Origin: Candidatus Thorarchaeota archaeon
GTDB lineage: Archaea; Asgardarchaeota; Thorarchaeia; Thorarchaeales; Thorarchaeaceae
Length of the DNA: 64,000 nucleotides
Reading direction: 5' to 3'
NCBI GenBank assembly: GCA_011364905.1
Contig: RDNZ01000001.1
Coordinates: forward strand, 64,001-128,000
Positions 59,965-64,000 of the stretch are shown here, one piece after another. The position numbers were made by a program, and so were the translations under genes. The notes under the pieces are model-generated. The model searched no databases, had not been told where the DNA came from, and saw only the letters and a program-made list of their open reading frames with translations. Numbering within the stretch: the first letter of the stretch is position 1; each line of letters opens with the position of its first letter.

Positions 59965-60543
59965 TTGATGTCCAATGAGGATCCCACTAAGAAACTAGTT
60001 CGAGATTCTGCGTACACTCTCTTTGTTGAGCGAGGATTCCATGGAAGCTCAATGAGGGATATCGCTGAAGGAGCGGGAATCAAGGCTGCTTCCATCTACA
60101 ACCATTTTGACAATAAAGAACAGATCTTCGAAGCTGTTTTCATCGAGCGGCATCCAATGTTTAGAATTCTTGAGATTCTTGATGGTATCAGTGGAGCGAC
60201 AGCCGAAGAACTACTGACAAATGCGGTTAATCAGCTCGACAAAGAACTTCGGAGTGATCCGACACTGCTCAACCTGTTTTTTGTAGAACTTGTTGAGATG
60301 AATGGAAAACATATTGAGAGAGCCATCAAACTCAATTTCCCCACAGACTCTGGGTTCATAAAGCAGATCTACGAGAAGAAGTCAGAAATTCGAAACATAT
60401 CCATACCTGTTCTTATTCGTTCGCTTATCGGAACAATATTTGCTAACATTGTATTCAACTGGTTTGTTGGGAAGAGTAATTCTCGACGATGGGGGACTAC
60501 TTCTGAAATGACCAATGTTTTGCTTCGAGGGATACTCAAATAG
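59965..60543 (+). CDS. TetR/AcrR family transcriptional regulator
   Basis: AYTLFVERGFHGSSMRDIAEGAGIKAASIYNHFDNKEQI. Confidence 0.95.
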   Translation: MMSNEDPTKKLVRDSAYTLFVERGFHGSSMRDIAEGAGIKAASIYNHFDNKEQIFEAVFIERHPMFRILEILDGISGATAEELLTNAVNQLDKELRSDPTLLNLFFVELVEMNGKHIERAIKLNFPTDSGFIKQIYEKKSEIRNISIPVLIRSLIGTIFANIVFNWFVGKSNSRRWGTTSEMTNVLLRGILK

Positions 60544-61999
60544 CAGTCTGTTCAACGCTTTTGAGGACTCGTTCAAACCGTACGAGTGCATCTTCCACAA
60601 CTGCATCATCGTCTGCCATACTTGTATACATTCGAGAGCCTGCAAGTGTGACGATTCCCTCAGCCATGTAAGCCGCACCCACTCTCTCCATGAAGTGCTG
60701 CCTGATCTGAATCTCCTTCAAAATGGTCTTGATCTTGAAAGGATTTTTGATGACTTTCACAAACATGGTCCCAGAGGTTTCCAGATGACAGATGGCGCCC
60801 TGATTGTATGCCACAAAAGGCAGGTTCAGGTCATCAATGATATCTTCGAGACCCTTGGTCATCTTATCTGCAGCGTGTCCTGCTTTCTCGCAGGCATTGG
60901 TTCGGTCAATCTCCTGAATTGTGTAGTAACCTGCTGCAGAACTCAAAGGATTTGCAGCCAGAGTGCCACCAACATAAGCTCTCTTCTTACCACCTTCTAT
61001 GCCTGCTGAAACATGTTCCATAAGATCGCGTCTTCCACCAAGGCCTCCAGCTGCAGGATAGCCGCCAGCAACGACCTTACCAAAAGTCGTTAGGTCAGGG
61101 GTGATGCCGAAATAGCCCTGAGCTCCAGCAAGGCCGATCCTACCGAATGTGACGACTTCATCAAAGATGAGAAGGGCATCATATTGGTCACATAGCTCTC
61201 GTATCTGTTTGTTGTGGTCCTTATCAACAGGTCTGGTTCCGGACTCAGGACCAACTGGCTCAACTATAACAGCAGCAGTACCCCCCCGAATTCGGTTTGT
61301 GGACATTTTCCTGCGTAGAGCATCTATATCATTTGGAAATACCTCATGAGTGTGCTTTCTGCACCCGCCAGGAATACCATGCGCTTCGAAGCTACCAGTG
61401 CCTGGGATATGTAGTCCATACACCATCTGGTCGCTCCAGCCATGATACGCTCCTCCCATTTTGATGATCTTCTTTTTTCCAGTCGCGAGACGTGCAACTC
61501 GAATTGCAGCCATGGCTGATTCTGTTCCGCTCCCAAGCATTCGGAACATCTCAATGGACGGCATGTGTTTGCTGATTTCCTTAGCAAGTTTTAATTCGAA
61601 TTTAGAGAAAAGACCAGTTAACGGTGCTTTCTCATTAATCAGTTGAATTATCTTGTCTCTGACAGGTTTGTAGTTATTCCCCAGCATGATAGGGCCGCCT
61701 GATTGAAGGAAGTCAATATACTGATTGCCATCAGTGTCCCAAAGGTAAGCTCCATCTGCTCGATCAATTACAATAGGAAATGGATAGTTAAATGCAAGAT
61801 TGTGCTGGACACCTCCAGGAATGAAATTCTTGGCTTCAGTAATCATGTCCTTTGATTTCTTGCACTTCTCCTCGAAATATCGCAGGTATTCACTCATGGC
61901 TTTTTCTTCAATCCTGTACACAGGGAGGCTCATCAGATGGTCGAGCTTATCATAGATATCAGCAGTGTTGTGATATTCAGAGATACTAAAACCAGACAT
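60536..61999 (-). CDS. Class III aminotransferase (glutamate-1-semialdehyde aminomutase-like)
   Basis: FIPGGV, GAYLWDTDGNQYID, SGTESAMAAIR, GAYHG, LIFDEVVT, DLTTFGK, GTLAANP. Confidence 0.9.
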   Translation of the reverse strand: MSGFSISEYHNTADIYDKLDHLMSLPVYRIEEKAMSEYLRYFEEKCKKSKDMITEAKNFIPGGVQHNLAFNYPFPIVIDRADGAYLWDTDGNQYIDFLQSGGPIMLGNNYKPVRDKIIQLINEKAPLTGLFSKFELKLAKEISKHMPSIEMFRMLGSGTESAMAAIRVARLATGKKKIIKMGGAYHGWSDQMVYGLHIPGTGSFEAHGIPGGCRKHTHEVFPNDIDALRRKMSTNRIRGGTAAVIVEPVGPESGTRPVDKDHNKQIRELCDQYDALLIFDEVVTFGRIGLAGAQGYFGITPDLTTFGKVVAGGYPAAGGLGGRRDLMEHVSAGIEGGKKRAYVGGTLAANPLSSAAGYYTIQEIDRTNACEKAGHAADKMTKGLEDIIDDLNLPFVAYNQGAICHLETSGTMFVKVIKNPFKIKTILKEIQIRQHFMERVGAAYMAEGIVTLAGSRMYTSMADDDAVVEDALVRFERVLKSVEQTAI

Positions 62000-62098
62000 T
62001 TCACTCACACTGAGAGCAGATATCTCTCTCAATGAAAAGAGTTGTGGAGTTCAAGGGCACACCGATTCTTCCTGTCTTTCCTGAATCGGAGTAGTGAA

Positions 62099-62644
62099 TC
62101 ACTTTGTCGGTACGATTCCGCCAAATCCTATATGTGAGAATCTATCCGTAGATTCCCCCAAGTCTTTACATCGTTCTTCGAAGCGTGTCTGAAAAACAGC
62201 ATATTCCTCGTTCCACACATCAGCCTCCGTCTTAGACAAGAAAGTGAATGTGAATGATACCTTCGAACCTTTTTTTGATCTAGTTTGTTTTTCCAACGCT
62301 GACTTAGCCCGCTCCAACAATAGAGTGGAGATGATTTGTAGATGAGCAGAAGCTGACTCCAAAAACATTAGTCTTTTTCTAAGCGCCCCATCATCAGTAC
62401 CCTCAATGATTACTTCCTCATTGAAGTCAGGATTATGACTGTAGTACTTCACGGACCTACCCGTCTCTTGTACACGAACACTGAAGACATGAGCCTCTAC
62501 GAATTTTGAAAGGTGATGGGACATGGTGCTACGACTGATCTTTATCGTATCCATGAGCTCTTGCGCAGTTACCTCTCCTCTCAATAAGACCTCGAGGTAG
62601 ATCCTAGCCCTGACTGGATCGGAAAGAAGTTCAGGTAGTGTCAT
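62099..62644 (-). CDS. ArsR-like winged-helix regulator
   Basis: LSDPVRARIY...TAQEL...SRSTMSHHLSKF...VKYY. Confidence 0.85.
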   Translation of the reverse strand: MTLPELLSDPVRARIYLEVLLRGEVTAQELMDTIKISRSTMSHHLSKFVEAHVFSVRVQETGRSVKYYSHNPDFNEEVIIEGTDDGALRKRLMFLESASAHLQIISTLLLERAKSALEKQTRSKKGSKVSFTFTFLSKTEADVWNEEYAVFQTRFEERCKDLGESTDRFSHIGFGGIVPTK

Positions 62645-62715
62645 ATTGCTATCCCCAATAGAGATGAACTAGTACCTGCTACGAGAAGAGACCTTATAAG
62701 TTCGACGTTGTCAAT

Positions 62716-62738
62716 ATATTTCGATATTATCGAAATAT
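62716..62738. promoter_or_regulatory. Perfect 11-1-11 palindrome ATATTTCGATA-T-TATCGAAATAT; candidate operator
   Basis: In the divergent promoter between the wHTH gene and the serine hydrolase; degenerate second copy TTCGA-N5-TCAAT at 62701-62715. Confidence 0.72.
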
Positions 62739-62762
62739 TTTCATATATTCGGAGGCAGCGCG

Positions 62763-63788
62763 ATGTCAGAGTTTGATATTGATGAGTTCAGGAAACTGAT
62801 TGAGAATCAAGTGGAGAACGACAAATTCTCAGGGACAGTGTTGGTTGCCAAGGATGACAAAATCATGTTCAAAGAAGCATATGGAATGGCATCAAAGACT
62901 TTTGATGTCCCAAATGAGATTGATACAAAGTACAATATTGGTTCTCTGAACAAACTAATAACAAAGATTGCCATTCTGCAACTGGTTCAAGCTGGCAAGG
63001 TGGTTCTTGATGATTTTGTGGGCAAGCATTTGCCGGAGTTTCGAGAAGACATTGCCTCAAGTGTGAGAATCAGACATCTCATCACATTTACATCGGGATT
63101 GGGAGACTATTTTGGCCAGAAGTTTGACGCGGCATTGGGTAGACTTCGAAAGGTTTCCGATTTTGTGCCATTCTTCATTGATGACCCCCTTCTATCAAAA
63201 CCTGGAGAGAAGCGGAACTACAGCAATGCAGGATATGTTGTACTTGGTTTGATCATAGAGGCGGCAACTGGGATGGATTACTATGACTATGTGAGAGAGA
63301 ATATCTATGCTCCTGCTGGAATGATGAACACTGATCACTATGAAGTGGACTCTGCCACACCAAAGATGGCTACGGGATACACTCGCATGATGCCAGGTGG
63401 CTCTGAGCATCCCAATAAGCGGAGATGCAATTACTTTATCATAGGAAGCCGTGGCAGTCCAGCAGGAGGAGGATACTCAACAGTTGAGGACTTTCTCTTA
63501 TTAGATAATGCAATAGCGAATAATGATCTTTTGAACTCGGCTTATTCCAATATGGTACTAAGACCTCTAGAGGTAGACCCAGGTACGCCTCTAAGGGTTA
63601 TTGCGATGGCAGGAGGAGCCCCTGGACTTACGGCGCTCTACATCAAGTTCTTTGAATTCGGCCTCACATTCATTGTGATGTCAAACTACGACCCTGAGGA
63701 TGTCGAACCCTTAGCAGAACAGATCAGAGACCTTGTCATTCCTAAATTCTCGCAAAGCAAGGTTGTCAGGCAGCATGACAATTGCTAG
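62763..63788 (+). CDS. Cytoplasmic serine hydrolase (beta-lactamase class C family)
   Basis: FSGTVLV, IGSLNK (SxxK), HLITFTSG, YSNAGY, PAGGGYST; GGAGG RBS. Confidence 0.9.
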   Translation: MSEFDIDEFRKLIENQVENDKFSGTVLVAKDDKIMFKEAYGMASKTFDVPNEIDTKYNIGSLNKLITKIAILQLVQAGKVVLDDFVGKHLPEFREDIASSVRIRHLITFTSGLGDYFGQKFDAALGRLRKVSDFVPFFIDDPLLSKPGEKRNYSNAGYVVLGLIIEAATGMDYYDYVRENIYAPAGMMNTDHYEVDSATPKMATGYTRMMPGGSEHPNKRRCNYFIIGSRGSPAGGGYSTVEDFLLLDNAIANNDLLNSAYSNMVLRPLEVDPGTPLRVIAMAGGAPGLTALYIKFFEFGLTFIVMSNYDPEDVEPLAEQIRDLVIPKFSQSKVVRQHDNC

Positions 63789-63803
63789 TGGGCAAAAAAG
63801 AGT

Positions 63804-63835
63804 CACGGGAAGGAGTCCTCAGACCTCCTTCCGTG
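63804..63835 (-). terminator. Hairpin plus T-tract overlapping the stop of the last gene
   Basis: Minus strand CACGGAAGGAG...CTCCTTCCCGTG followed by ACTCTTTTTT. Confidence 0.6.
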
Positions 63836-64000
63836 CGTATATGTACTCTCTTTTATCCTCCCCAACAATCTCAACCATGTTCCACTTCATAAGAGCGAGG
63901 AGATTCTCAAGAATGTAGTCCTTCTCCATCATCGTTGCTTTTGCAATCTCTGTGATTGTCGCAGGTCCATCCTTTAACTCTCCAAGAATATAGCTTCGGT
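63819..64000 (-). CDS. C-terminal fragment of a winged-helix-containing protein (5' end outside the window)
   Basis: RSYILGELKDGPATITEIAKATMMEKDYILENLLALMKWNMVEIVGEDKREYIYARKEV*. Confidence 0.75.
   Translation of the reverse strand, partial: RSYILGELKDGPATITEIAKATMMEKDYILENLLALMKWNMVEIVGEDKREYIYARKEV

Noticed and set aside
63819-64000. Assigning the last fragment to an MvhD/hydrogenase-associated selenoprotein with a 3' SECIS
   Set aside because: Only 59 aa are visible, and the downstream hairpin looks like a terminator without SECIS core motifs.
1-64000. CRISPR arrays, IS elements, integrases, prophage genes, tRNA or rRNA
   Set aside because: None seen by eye: no regularly spaced repeats, and no transposase or integrase motifs in any ORF.

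Overview
Gene-dense archaeal chromosomal segment with TATA/BRE-like promoters, GGTGA/GGAGG ribosome-binding sites and an archaeal-type ThrRS. The gene mix (LRR protein, giant Ig-like surface proteins, a longin-like cytoplasmic domain, many wHTH regulators, peptide-fermentation enzymes) suggests an Asgard archaeon, most likely Thorarchaeia; this is inference, not a database result. There are about 50 CDS, covering peptide and amino-acid catabolism, ppdK, thiolase, two molybdoenzymes, two histidine kinases, an ABC exporter and many membrane-anchored surface proteins. No rRNA, tRNA, CRISPR array or mobile element was seen. Best leads: (1) two paralogous small hairpin-membrane proteins with matching promoters and structured UTRs bracketing a TPR gene; (2) a GC-rich, multi-stem 113-nt intergenic element that may be an ncRNA; (3) a molybdopterin oxidoreductase with a 2x[4Fe-4S] ferredoxin inserted inside domain IV; (4) a receptor-like LamG/Ig-TM-longin-like protein that is a paralog of the giant surface protein at the window start; (5) a polytopic histidine kinase with a degenerate ATPase domain; (6) an SSB with an RGG/YGG tail and a long structured leader; (7) several clear operator palindromes next to regulator genes.
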